This document shows, piece after piece, positions 8,660 through 17,562 of a stretch of DNA of 20,000 nucleotides. Location of the stretch: the IMG/VR virus record IMGVR_UViG_3300036045_000006; one strand, written 5' to 3'. Source of the stretch: an uncultured virus (IMG/VR IMGVR_UViG_3300036045_000006) (Duplodnaviria; Heunggongvirae; Uroviricota; Caudoviricetes). A program made the translations under genes and the position numbers. The notes under the pieces are model-generated. The model was given only the letters and a program-made list of their open reading frames with translations, made no database searches and was not told where the DNA came from. Position 1 is the first letter of the stretch; every line of letters starts with the position of its first letter.

Positions 8660-11600
8660 CCCTGCGCTCTCCTTAACTGCTCGATTTGATCCCACGCGCC
8701 GCGTCCGGCCGCCTGACCTTCCTCATAGGAGTTGGCGTAGACGTTCATCGAACCCACCAACGGCGACTGCTGCTGGCTGCCCGCTGCAATGGCGCTCAAC
8801 ACCCGGTCAAAGTTGGGAATAAACTGACCGTTTGTCGAGGGAACAAAGAGTTCGGGCTGTGCCCCAGCCCCAATCATATACGCCTGACCGGCCCATCCCG
8901 GACCGCCGCTGTCTCTGAAGATGCCAGAGATACCGCGCCCGACATCACGCAGGAAACCGCCCGTGTTGTCTATGCCGCGCAGCACGCCCGTTCCGCTCCG
9001 GAACGGACTGGCCGCTTCAACCGCATTGATCGCGCCGCCGACGGTGCTGCTAATTCCATTCACGACATCACCCACTGTGCCTGCCACCCGCTGCACCACC
9101 TCGACGATCGACTCGATCAGGTCGATCACGGGCTGAATAATATTGGTACTGACAAAATTGAAAACCGCCGACAGCGAATCCCGGAACAGATTAATGCCGA
9201 CAGACACCGCTGACCAGATACCAGCGAGGATGTCGATCAGTCCTTGGATTGCCGGTGTGATGACCCCGGTGATCACGCCTTCGATGATCGGCCAGCCGGT
9301 GGTGGTGAACCAATCGATCAGACCCTGGATGACCGGGCTGACCAGGTTCCAGATGTCCTGCAGGATTCCGATGAAGGTCTGAATAATGGGAATAGCGACG
9401 TTGTTAATAAAGTCCAGCGCCAGCGGCAGTCCGGTCGTAATAAACCAGTCGACCAGGAAGGTGATGATCGGACCGACCACCTCCCAGATGCCGCGCAGGA
9501 CGTTGATGAACTGGCCGATCGCGGGAATGACCGTGCCGGAAATAAAGTTGAGGATCGCCGGCAGCGCGTCCTGGAGGAACCAGGTAGCCAGTGCTGCTAA
9601 CGCGGGGGCGACGACCGCCCACAGTCCGGCCAGCGTGTTGATGACCGTCTGAATAAGGGGCAGCAGTTGATCCCGGATCACCGCCACGATCGCGGGCACG
9701 GCTTCGGTCAGGAACCAGTTGGCGATCTGCACCAGCGCGGGAGCGACCACCGCCCAGGCATTCGCCAGGAACTGGAAGAAGGATTGAATCGCGGGGATGA
9801 CTGTCCCGGTGATGAACGCGGCGATCGCGGGCAGCGCATCGACCACGAACCAGGTATACATCGCTTCCAGCCCAGGCCGGATCACCGTCTCCCAGGCCGT
9901 CCCCAGCCACTCGAAGAAACTGCGGATAGCAGGCAGCGCCACGTCGATTACAAAATTTACAATCGCGGGCAGACCTTCAGACACAAACCAGCTGACCAGT
10001 GCCTGAAAGCCAGGGATCACGATTTGTGTGATGAACGTCGCCAATGTCTCAAAGACGCCGCGCACAGTGTTGACCACCCGTTGCGTCGCCTGATATAAGC
10101 TCTGCACGACTGCGATCGCCCGATCGCGTGCCATGCCGAAGCTGACCAGCACGCCCTCCAGCGTGCTTTGCATGGTCTCGTCCATTGTGCCTTCGCCAAA
10201 AATTCCTAAGATGGCTTCATGCAATCCGAAATCTCTGAGGTAGGCGAAAAACGTGTCAATCGCAAATACAAGCCGCTCGAATCCCCTGGATAACGTGTCA
10301 ATCACCGGCTGCACCAGGTCTCTGATGCCGCCCAGGTTAGATTGAAATGCAGCGTACAATCCTGCTATCGCGCCGACGATCAGCCCGATCGGACTGAACA
10401 GCAAACCAAAAGCCGCGCCCAGCCCGCCTATGGCTGTGCCCACCGCCGTAACGAACCCGCCGATACCGATCAGGATCGGACCCAGCACGCCCAGCGCCGC
10501 GACGACCACGCCGATCGTGCGCGCCAGGCCGGGGTTCTCCTGCACCCATCCCGTGATGGCGCGGATGACTGGACGCACCGCGCCAACAATATCGTTCAGC
10601 ACGGGCAGCATGGCCTGACCAATCTCAATCGCCAGTCCGCTGATGCTGGACTTCAGCAGGTCAAACTGCGCGGCGGCGCTCTCCATCTGAATTTCGCGGG
10701 CCGCCGTCGTCGCGCCGTCGATGCCATCAACGTAAGTTTCAGAAAATTCTGTGAAATTCTCCGAGGCCAGCGCTGTGACGCCGCGCAGGGCTTCCACCGA
10801 GCCGACCATCGGCGCGATCGCGTCCTGACCGAATTCACCGGCCAGCGCCTGGTACGCGCCGACCAGCCCCAGCTGCTCGACTGCCGCGCGTCCACTGGCG
10901 AAGCCCAGGCGCTGCAACCCGGCCCGCATTCGCTCGTTGGGGTTCAGCAGCGCGGACATCATCGCGCCTAACTGCGTGGTGGCCTGAGATGCGGTATTGC
11001 CCTGCGTGGTGAGGTAGGCCGCCGATGCGCCCAAATCCTCAAGCCTGATCCCCATGGAATTGGCCAGCCCGGTAACCTGCGGCAGCGCGGAGGCGAACTG
11101 ATCCATCGTGCCGACACCCATCCCAACCGTTCGGGTCAGCACGTCGGAAGCAAACGCTGCCTGATCCGCGCTGTACCCGTAACTGTTCATGATGGAGATC
11201 ATGGCGTTGGTGGCGCCGCCGAGGTTGGCGTTACCCGCTTCGGCCAGCGCGATCGCGTTGGTCAGGATGTCCATGTGGGTGGAAGCATCCGCGACGCCGC
11301 CGACCACATCGTACATCGCGTCCGCGACCGACTGAGGCCCGAAACGACTTTCCTCGCCCATCCGTTGCAGTTCGTTGGACATGGCCTGCATTTCGGACAG
11401 CGGACGGCCCATCACCGCGGCAATGTTGGCGATCGATTCCTCGAAGTTCACCGCGCTTCGAGTGGCTACGCCCAGACCCGCCGCGAACGGCGTAAACGTC
11501 TGGGTCAGCTGCGATCCCAACCCACTTAACTGCTGACCGACACCGCGCAGACCGTCGCCAATCCCGGACAGGCCAGCGGAAAACGCGCGCCGGGCTTCGT

Positions 11601-11682
11601 CCATCCCCGCGCGTACACCGCTGGCATCAATGACCACACGCCCGTAGGCGGTTCCGAGATTCGCGCCGCTGTCCATCGACAT
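8656..11682 (-). CDS. Phage tail tape measure protein (TP901-like core)
   Basis: 1008 aa, Ala/Gly-rich. N-terminal LGTAYGRVVID, TP901-type core (FEESIANIAAV...A.DVL...G), W/F amphipathic repeats, C-terminal GGP...YMIG..PELFVP..G..IPN. Confidence 0.92.
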   Translation of the reverse strand: MSMDSGANLGTAYGRVVIDASGVRAGMDEARRAFSAGLSGIGDGLRGVGQQLSGLGSQLTQTFTPFAAGLGVATRSAVNFEESIANIAAVMGRPLSEMQAMSNELQRMGEESRFGPQSVADAMYDVVGGVADASTHMDILTNAIALAEAGNANLGGATNAMISIMNSYGYSADQAAFASDVLTRTVGMGVGTMDQFASALPQVTGLANSMGIRLEDLGASAAYLTTQGNTASQATTQLGAMMSALLNPNERMRAGLQRLGFASGRAAVEQLGLVGAYQALAGEFGQDAIAPMVGSVEALRGVTALASENFTEFSETYVDGIDGATTAAREIQMESAAAQFDLLKSSISGLAIEIGQAMLPVLNDIVGAVRPVIRAITGWVQENPGLARTIGVVVAALGVLGPILIGIGGFVTAVGTAIGGLGAAFGLLFSPIGLIVGAIAGLYAAFQSNLGGIRDLVQPVIDTLSRGFERLVFAIDTFFAYLRDFGLHEAILGIFGEGTMDETMQSTLEGVLVSFGMARDRAIAVVQSLYQATQRVVNTVRGVFETLATFITQIVIPGFQALVSWFVSEGLPAIVNFVIDVALPAIRSFFEWLGTAWETVIRPGLEAMYTWFVVDALPAIAAFITGTVIPAIQSFFQFLANAWAVVAPALVQIANWFLTEAVPAIVAVIRDQLLPLIQTVINTLAGLWAVVAPALAALATWFLQDALPAILNFISGTVIPAIGQFINVLRGIWEVVGPIITFLVDWFITTGLPLALDFINNVAIPIIQTFIGILQDIWNLVSPVIQGLIDWFTTTGWPIIEGVITGVITPAIQGLIDILAGIWSAVSVGINLFRDSLSAVFNFVSTNIIQPVIDLIESIVEVVQRVAGTVGDVVNGISSTVGGAINAVEAASPFRSGTGVLRGIDNTGGFLRDVGRGISGIFRDSGGPGWAGQAYMIGAGAQPELFVPSTNGQFIPNFDRVLSAIAAGSQQQSPLVGSMNVYANSYEEGQAAGRGAWDQIEQLRRAQG
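9180..9990 (-). repeat. Six ~45-aa amphipathic repeats in the tape measure protein
   Basis: Units WF....LP.I..FI.....P.I......L...W..V.P beginning WFVSE, WFVVD, WFLTE, WFLQD, WFITT, WFTTT. Confidence 0.8.
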
Positions 11683-11700
11683 CGGCCAGTATCCTTAAAT

Positions 11701-11734
11701 AAAAAAGCGCCAAGAGTTGACACACTCTTGGCGC
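11701..11734 (-). terminator. Leader intrinsic terminator upstream of the tape measure gene
   Basis: Minus strand GCGCCAAGAGT-gtgtca-ACTCTTGGCGC-TTTTTT (11-bp stem plus U-tract). Confidence 0.8.
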
Positions 11735-11750
11735 GCTTCAGGTTATCTCA

Positions 11751-11769
11751 ATTATAGCACAGTCGTTCT
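11751..11769 (-). promoter_or_regulatory. Extended -10 promoter overlapped by LexA-like box (one mismatch)
   Basis: Minus strand AGAACGACTGTGCTATAAT: TGcTATAAT plus AGAAC-GACT-GTGCT. Confidence 0.65.
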
Positions 11770-11802
11770 ATGCACAAACGGCGAAGCGATCCGCTTACGC
11801 CG

Positions 11803-12099
11803 TCACATGACAAGTGTGCTTCTGCCCTGCGCCAGCGCCAGCGCGGTCAGCGAGATCACCCCGCTGCGCGCGCCGATCTGCGCCCGCCCTTCCAGGATGT
11901 CTTCCAGGGTAAACATCGGTTTGCCCTGCTTGTCGCGTTCGTCGAGTTTGTGCTCGACGTAACGGCCATAGACACCCACGGCCCGGTCGACCATAAAGGC
12001 CAGCCAGGGATCCTCAATCGCCAGCAGCAGGCTCGGCCTCGATCCGTAGTCCTTCGCTGTGAGGTGCAGCGTCCACACGGCCAGCTTGTTCTGCAGGAA
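11803..12099 (-). CDS. Tail assembly chaperone extension (gpT-like), probably expressed by +1 frameshift
   Basis: Overlaps the chaperone 3' end in the +1 frame and has no good own RBS/start. AKDYGSRPSLLLAIEDPWLAFMVDRAV is a typical pre-TMP motif. Confidence 0.7.
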   Translation of the reverse strand, partial: FLQNKLAVWTLHLTAKDYGSRPSLLLAIEDPWLAFMVDRAVGVYGRYVEHKLDERDKQGKPMFTLEDILEGRAQIGARSGVISLTALALAQGRSTLVM

Positions 12100-12517
12100 A
12101 CGCCTCCGCCGCGTCCCTCCCGCGCGGCATCGACCAGTTCATCACCCACATTTTGTCCGTCGAGTCGAGGTCGCTGTAGGCGATTTCGCCCGCCTCGTAG
12201 TCCGGCTCGCGGCTGGCTGGCGCGATGCGCGGTTCCACAAATGCCAGGCGCACCAGCTTTTCCATGAACGTGCCCAGCCCGGCCAGGCGTTTACGATCCT
12301 CGCTGTCGTTGCCGGTGAACATCTCCACGTCGCGATGCTCGCCGGTGATCTCGCGGGCGACCATACCGGTCAGCCAGTCGGGGACATCGCCGTTATCGGA
12401 GGACATCACCAGACCGACGATGTCGGGCTTCTTCAGCCGCGCGACCTTCCCCGACGGCAGCACTTCCTCAAAGGTGACGGGCTTCCAGAGCGCAGCAGGC
12501 GTTACGGCGCGGTTCAT
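12014..12517 (-). CDS. Tail assembly chaperone (gpG-like)
   Basis: Lies between tail tube and TMP; LPSGKVARLKKPD...FVEPRI...DLD..DK motifs; probable start ATG 12517. Confidence 0.8.
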   Translation of the reverse strand: MNRAVTPAALWKPVTFEEVLPSGKVARLKKPDIVGLVMSSDNGDVPDWLTGMVAREITGEHRDVEMFTGNDSEDRKRLAGLGTFMEKLVRLAFVEPRIAPASREPDYEAGEIAYSDLDSTDKMWVMNWSMPRGRDAAEAFPAEQAGRVDAAPHSEGLRIEAEPAAGD

Positions 12518-12519
12518 GG

Positions 12520-13116
12520 TCAATCCCACAGGTCTTCCAGATACGACTGGAATGCCAGCTGCGTAGCGGGCAACGCGGCGGCCGTTTCATTGGTGCGCAG
12601 CAGGTACAGTTCGCGTTTGATCACGGATGGCGAGAAGAAGCTGAACGCTGCCTCGCCGCGGCGGAACCGGTTCTGTTCCACATCAAAGGCCGGGTAGGTT
12701 TCCAGCAGGCACTTGGGGAAAGCGACGACACAGTTCGCGCCGTTGAGCGCCGCGTACTCGACAATCATGCCGAAGTAGGGTAGACCCTGGCCGCCGGTTT
12801 TCGGCTTGGCGATCGTATAACGATTTGGCGTCGTACCATATGTCTGTGCGGTGATGCCCAGCATCGGGACACTGGACCCAGTCAGGTCGAGCGACCCCAG
12901 CATCAGCGTGCCTGTGCCCTTCTTGATGATGCTGATCGCCTCTACCGTCTGGCCGCCGCTGTTGAGTTCGTCGTTATCGGCCTCAAATTCAAACGAGACG
13001 CGGTCGATGTAGTCGACAAAAACGGGCGTGCCGTAAACGATGTCGGGGTCGGTCGCGGTGATGGCCGCGACGACCGCCGCTTTGGGGTTGTAAATCACGT
13101 CGCCATATTTCGGCAT
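12520..13116 (-). CDS. Major tail (tube) protein
   Basis: 198 aa, positioned after the tail terminator and before the chaperones; acidic and beta-rich. Confidence 0.75.
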   Translation of the reverse strand: MPKYGDVIYNPKAAVVAAITATDPDIVYGTPVFVDYIDRVSFEFEADNDELNSGGQTVEAISIIKKGTGTLMLGSLDLTGSSVPMLGITAQTYGTTPNRYTIAKPKTGGQGLPYFGMIVEYAALNGANCVVAFPKCLLETYPAFDVEQNRFRRGEAAFSFFSPSVIKRELYLLRTNETAAALPATQLAFQSYLEDLWD

Positions 13117-13119
13117 GGA

Positions 13120-13560
13120 TTATGTCCTCACGTGTACTACTTGAATGCGGACCATCTGAGTCGGTCGCCCGACTTCCCTGGCGGTAAAGCGGCGGGTTCC
13201 GCCGACTTCGATTGTGTGCGCCAGGGCCACGTCGTCGGTATGCCAGTACTGGTTATCGAGCGCTTTGCCAATCGCTGACGCGCCGGCCTGAAGTGCGCTG
13301 ATACCCGTCTCGGCATATACGTAAATCTCGATAAAGCCCTGAAACGCCTGCACGCTCTGGGGCGCCAGACGCGCATACTCGCCGAAATTCATCACCGCAT
13401 AAGGCAGCAGCGTCACCCCGTCTGATGCACGTGGCGCAGCGGTCGCGCCGCCGCCGTCGTAAGGGAGTGTATCGTGATCCTTCACACCGCCAGGCAGCGC
13501 AGCGATCACCCCTGCATTGGTATTGAGCGCGTTCAACAGGGACTCGCGAAACGTCGCCAT
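13120..13560 (-). CDS. Tail terminator-like protein
   Basis: 146 aa; LPYAVM and IEIYVYA pattern; synteny. Confidence 0.65.
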   Translation of the reverse strand: MATFRESLLNALNTNAGVIAALPGGVKDHDTLPYDGGGATAAPRASDGVTLLPYAVMNFGEYARLAPQSVQAFQGFIEIYVYAETGISALQAGASAIGKALDNQYWHTDDVALAHTIEVGGTRRFTAREVGRPTQMVRIQVVHVRT

Positions 13561-13910
13561 CAGACAAAAATCCCGGCCAGCATCTGCGCGATCGCAGTCA
13601 GATGCGCTTGAATGGTCGGCCAGACCACAGCGTAGCGGCCTTCGTTGGCAACTTCGAGATAAATCCCGTAATCAACGCCGTGCGCCAGGTAAAGCGCCAC
13701 CACGTCCTGGCCCAGCCGCTGCGTAAAGGCATACAGCGACTGACGCGCGTTGCCGGTACGGTCGGTCCAGGGCGCGTTGGCTTTGGCGTAAGCCTCAAAC
13801 ACCCCGGCGAAATAGGTGGCGACCGCGTCGATCGCGTCGTACACCCGGCCTTCATAGGTGTGCATGGCGGTGATCATCGCGCTATCGCCACGCCATTCGA
13901 TGTGACTCAT
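13560..13910 (-). CDS. HK97 gp10-like tail completion / neck protein
   Basis: AKANAPWTDRTGNARQSL...HGVDYGIYLE...GRYAVVWPT signature. Confidence 0.85.
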   Translation of the reverse strand: MSHIEWRGDSAMITAMHTYEGRVYDAIDAVATYFAGVFEAYAKANAPWTDRTGNARQSLYAFTQRLGQDVVALYLAHGVDYGIYLEVANEGRYAVVWPTIQAHLTAIAQMLAGIFV

Positions 13911-14278
13911 GACAGCGCCTCACAGCGCGCCTGCACTTCGCCGGGCTGGGTGACGATGGCGATCACACGGTACTGGATGCCGTTGTGAGCGAAGCGATCG
14001 TTAGCCCGGATGTCGGTATCCTCCACGTCGGGATGACCCCGCACGCCAAAGATCACCGCTTCCTGCCGACCGGACTGCACCGTACTCTCGCCCTCGACCT
14101 GGCGGTGTGTGTTGCTGATCTCGATTCGCACGGTTTGCGAATTCAGCGCGACGCCGCTGCGCACGAGAACGATGTCCGCCGGGACATCCTGAATGCAGCG
14201 CCAGGCGTCACCGGCCTGAGACGCGATCGCTACCGCGCCGGTGTAGCTGGAGTCGATATAAGCGTCCAGGTCAGGCAT
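13907..14278 (-). CDS. Head closure (stopper) protein
   Basis: 123 aa; DTDIRANDRF.HNG.QYRVIAI motif; synteny. Confidence 0.7.
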   Translation of the reverse strand: MPDLDAYIDSSYTGAVAIASQAGDAWRCIQDVPADIVLVRSGVALNSQTVRIEISNTHRQVEGESTVQSGRQEAVIFGVRGHPDVEDTDIRANDRFAHNGIQYRVIAIVTQPGEVQARCEALS

Positions 14279-14651
14279 CCGGGAATTCCTTTTCCGGGCG
14301 GGGGCTGCCGCCCTTCAGGGTGAACCAGCGCGCACCAGATTCCCCCATCCCCTCGTCTTCCAGGATTTTGTTGAGCCGGGCCTGACGATGGCCGATCAGC
14401 TTGCCGAAGTGCGCGAATATCTGGCTGGCTTTACGCTGCGAATCGTTCTGCGTGTAATCCACGCGGGCTACCGCCTGCGCCTGGAACTGCTCCAGCGCCA
14501 GAATGCGCACGTATTCCTCTTGTGCCTTTGCGCTGGCCGGGTAGTCGGCGGCGGCGCGGACATAGAAATCGTCAATCTCCGCCGCCGATAACGACTCCGG
14601 CGAAGCCCCGACATCGGCCCGGACACGGTTACGCTGTAGCTCGGTGGGCAT
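14271..14651 (-). CDS. Head-tail adaptor (gp6/gp15-like)
   Basis: Probable start ATG 14651 (MPTELQRNRVRADVG...LSAAEIDDF); helical; synteny. Confidence 0.65.
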   Translation of the reverse strand: MPTELQRNRVRADVGASPESLSAAEIDDFYVRAAADYPASAKAQEEYVRILALEQFQAQAVARVDYTQNDSQRKASQIFAHFGKLIGHRQARLNKILEDEGMGESGARWFTLKGGSPRPEKEFPDA

Positions 14652-15636
14652 GTCGGTCGCACGCCTCCTGATAAATACCGTACACCTGCCGTGCGAAGCG
14701 GTCCCAGGTGTACCGGCTGCGCACATACCGGCTGGCGATGCGTGCCATGAACTGTGCGTGTTCCTGACGTTCGACCATCCGGGTCATCAGTTCAGCGAGG
14801 TGATCCTGATCGGGAATCGCCCACTGGCCCATGCCGCGCCATTCCGGATCGCTCGTCCAGGCATCGCCCAGCGTATACCGGAGCGGCCAGCCCCACAGCA
14901 TCAGGTCGTCCGCCGTGCCGCCAAAGTCGGTGGCGATCACGGGTCCGCCAGTCGCGGCGAATTCGCGCGGCGGAAAGCCGAAGCCTTCGGCGCTGGTGGG
15001 GAATACCATGCAGTCGGCGCGCGTGTATAACGCCGCCATCTGCGCCTCGCTGTAGGTGGCGCGGATGATCTCGATGTTGGCGTTGCGCACGTTGACCGGG
15101 AAATGCTGTGCTTTCACGATCAGCCTTACGTCATCCCGATCGCCGAAAGCCTGCACGAACGCCCACATCGCGACATGCCAGTTTTTGCGTTCGGCCCGAT
15201 CGCCGATGGCCAGGAACGTGTACGGCTTGCGATGCAGCGGTCGCTCCACATACTGGAACGTCTCGCTGATGCCGAGCGGCACGCAGTACACCGGCACCGT
15301 CACACCCGCCGCGCGAAACACCTCGACATTCCAGCGGCAGGGGACGATCACCGCGTCCATCTGATTGAGCGTCTCCACCCACCCGGGCGGCAGCACCGTC
15401 CCCTCAAACATCGTGATCGCCACACGCGGGCCGGTGCTGGCAACAAGCGGGCCGAAATGCTCGAAGTGCGAGGGGTAGCCCAGCAGAACCCCACCGGTAC
15501 AGGGCACGAGATGCGCGCCCTCCTGACCGATGCGATTCACATGCAGCCCCATCTGTTCGAGACGGCCCGCCAGTTCCAAAGCGAGGCGGCCGTAGGAGAT
15601 TTCGATCTCCCAGTTGAACGCCGCGACGTTGATCAC
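14629..15636 (-). CDS. Glycosyltransferase, GT-B fold (GT4-like)
   Basis: SYG N-terminus, TMFE, D.VIVPC.WN, VPLGI, RKN, ADCMVFPTSAEGFGFPPREFAATGGPVIATDFGG (E-x7-E), YTW. Confidence 0.9.
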   Translation of the reverse strand: MINVAAFNWEIEISYGRLALELAGRLEQMGLHVNRIGQEGAHLVPCTGGVLLGYPSHFEHFGPLVASTGPRVAITMFEGTVLPPGWVETLNQMDAVIVPCRWNVEVFRAAGVTVPVYCVPLGISETFQYVERPLHRKPYTFLAIGDRAERKNWHVAMWAFVQAFGDRDDVRLIVKAQHFPVNVRNANIEIIRATYSEAQMAALYTRADCMVFPTSAEGFGFPPREFAATGGPVIATDFGGTADDLMLWGWPLRYTLGDAWTSDPEWRGMGQWAIPDQDHLAELMTRMVERQEHAQFMARIASRYVRSRYTWDRFARQVYGIYQEACDRHAHRATA

Positions 15637-15639
15637 GGA

Positions 15640-16692
15640 TTAGCTGTTGGCGGTCGCCGTCGCCAGGGTCGGCCAGGTAATCTCTTCGGTGGTCGCCGCG
15701 ATGTTGGCGTACACGCCAAAGTAGGTGTCCCAGATCACCTTGTCGATCACAAACCGGCTCATGTCGCCATCGCCGCGCTGCTCTCGCAAAGGCAGCTTCA
15801 CCCAACTCTGGAAGTCCGACATGCGCATCGACATATCGATCAGATACGCCTTGCCTGCGGTCACGCCAGGATAGTTGCGCACCAGCTTGCCGCGCTGGCT
15901 GGCCCACCCGTTATAAACGATGACCCGATCGATCATGCTGAGCACATCACCCTGAAGCGTGATGCCCTGCTGCGCCACCGCTGTCAACGCGCGATGCACA
16001 TTGAAGACATCACTTTGCGAAATCAGCAGCGTGTACGGCCCACGGCGCGGATTGGTCGTATCTTCGGTCGCGTTCACCACCGCTTTTTCCAGCAGACGCA
16101 GGTAGCGTGCCGGCAGCTCTTCCTTGGAGCTGTACACCACATCGGTCGCCGCCGTTTGGTTAGCGGACGTGTAGGTGTAATTGAGGAACGGCGCGAAGTG
16201 GTAATGGTTCAGCATCGCGCTGTATGCGATACCGGCCCACCGTTCAATGAGAGGCAGATTGACATACTCGTTGAACAGAAACAGGTCTTCGGTGTACTCG
16301 ATGCCCAACCCGAGGTGCATCAGAGAAACCGATTTACTGCCGCTGTTGAGCGTGCCCATCTTGACCTCGCCGCCTTCCTGAATCTGTTCAAAGATCAGGC
16401 CGCCTTCACGCATCTGGTAAATCGTAACGTTCCGAGGCAGTCCGGCATCCTGAACGGTCTGGTAGAGGCTGTCGTACAGAATAGGTTCTTCCTGCCTGCC
16501 TGCCTCAACCTCATATCGCTGACGGTTAAACCACTCATCCGGAAACGTGCCGGTGGAAAGAAATTCCGCCATCATGTTTTCGCCGGAGCGGTAAACACGG
16601 AAATGATCGAGCAGGTTGAAGCCCTCGCGGAATTTCACCTGCGGTTTTGATGCTTGCTTTTCAAGCAGAATGGACTTACTGATCCACTGCAT
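15640..16692 (-). CDS. Major capsid protein
   Basis: 350 aa following protease/scaffold and decoration genes; EGGEVKMG and GIEYTEDL HK97-fold-like motifs. Confidence 0.75.
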   Translation of the reverse strand: MQWISKSILLEKQASKPQVKFREGFNLLDHFRVYRSGENMMAEFLSTGTFPDEWFNRQRYEVEAGRQEEPILYDSLYQTVQDAGLPRNVTIYQMREGGLIFEQIQEGGEVKMGTLNSGSKSVSLMHLGLGIEYTEDLFLFNEYVNLPLIERWAGIAYSAMLNHYHFAPFLNYTYTSANQTAATDVVYSSKEELPARYLRLLEKAVVNATEDTTNPRRGPYTLLISQSDVFNVHRALTAVAQQGITLQGDVLSMIDRVIVYNGWASQRGKLVRNYPGVTAGKAYLIDMSMRMSDFQSWVKLPLREQRGDGDMSRFVIDKVIWDTYFGVYANIAATTEEITWPTLATATANS

Positions 16693-16696
16693 GGCT

Positions 16697-17077
16697 TTAG
16701 ATGCCCTCCGGGTTCAGGATGCCCGTGACGACGTTATTGCTATCTTTCGGGCCGGTCGAGATGAACAGGCAGTGTTTGCCCGCGCCGCCAGTCGTCGAAT
16801 AGGCCGCGTCCGGAATGATGTTGGCGGTGATATCAGCCAGCGTCACGTAAACCCTGACGCCAGCGCTGGCGATCGTTAGCCCGGCGGGAACCGTGAACTG
16901 ATATTCAAAGCGGTCGATGGTAATCGCGCGGAAGTCGCCCGACTTGCCGCTGGCCATGGTCACGCCGAAAAACGACCGCGCGTGAATCACAGTCGGCGCA
17001 TCGACATCCTCCACCAACTGAAGGGTGACGGCCTTGCCGTCCGATTCCTTGAACGTGTTACCTACGTTGACAGGCAT
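16697..17077 (-). CDS. Head decoration / cement protein (DUF2190-like)
   Basis: 126 aa between scaffold and capsid; SDGKAV...FFGV...G pattern. Confidence 0.6.
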   Translation of the reverse strand: MPVNVGNTFKESDGKAVTLQLVEDVDAPTVIHARSFFGVTMASGKSGDFRAITIDRFEYQFTVPAGLTIASAGVRVYVTLADITANIIPDAAYSTTGGAGKHCLFISTGPKDSNNVVTGILNPEGI

Positions 17078-17562
17078 TACTTCTTCTCCTCACTGGGGAA
17101 GATGAACGGCGAGTCGGCTTCCACTTTCGTCGGAGCCACGACGACCGGGCGAGTGCGGGCGGGTCCCATCTCGGAGGCAATTGCCGCTGCGAGTAGTGCC
17201 TTGATTTCCGGACGGTCCAGCACGCCTTCAACGGCGCGGGTGGCTTCGGCGCGGGTGGCCGGTTTTTCCGCCGCCACCAGCATCGCGATCACCGGACGCT
17301 GAGACTCCAGCTTCACGGCATCGGCGATCTGGTTCCTGATAAATCCGTCGAGCAGTTCGCGGTTTTCCTTGCGGAGATCGGCGTTCTGTTCGTGCTGTGA
17401 CCGGACGGCCTTGTACGCGCCATCGGTCTCGACGTTAAGCAGGGTGGCAATCTTCTGGAGGTCTTCCAGCAGCGGCCTCTGCTCCTTCAACTGACGTTCC
17501 AGGGATTCGACCAGCGTGGAGAGCCGGTCGCGCTCAGCCTGGACTTCCTGAATTTCCGGCAT
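17077..17562 (-). CDS. Nested in-frame scaffold protein (161 aa)
   Basis: Internal AAGGAGG (17574-17568) 5 nt before in-frame ATG 17562 (MPEIQEVQAERDRL), at the start of the coiled-coil. Confidence 0.7.
   Translation of the reverse strand: MPEIQEVQAERDRLSTLVESLERQLKEQRPLLEDLQKIATLLNVETDGAYKAVRSQHEQNADLRKENRELLDGFIRNQIADAVKLESQRPVIAMLVAAEKPATRAEATRAVEGVLDRPEIKALLAAAIASEMGPARTRPVVVAPTKVEADSPFIFPSEEKK

Noticed and set aside
11856..12149. -1 frame ORF as the chaperone frameshift product
   Set aside because: Peptide is Arg/Gly/Cys-rich and junk-like with no slippery heptamer; the +1 frame carries the conserved-looking motif.
15103..16650. 515-aa plus-strand ORF
   Set aside because: Antisense shadow of the capsid and GT4 genes in GC-rich DNA; no RBS or recognisable motifs.
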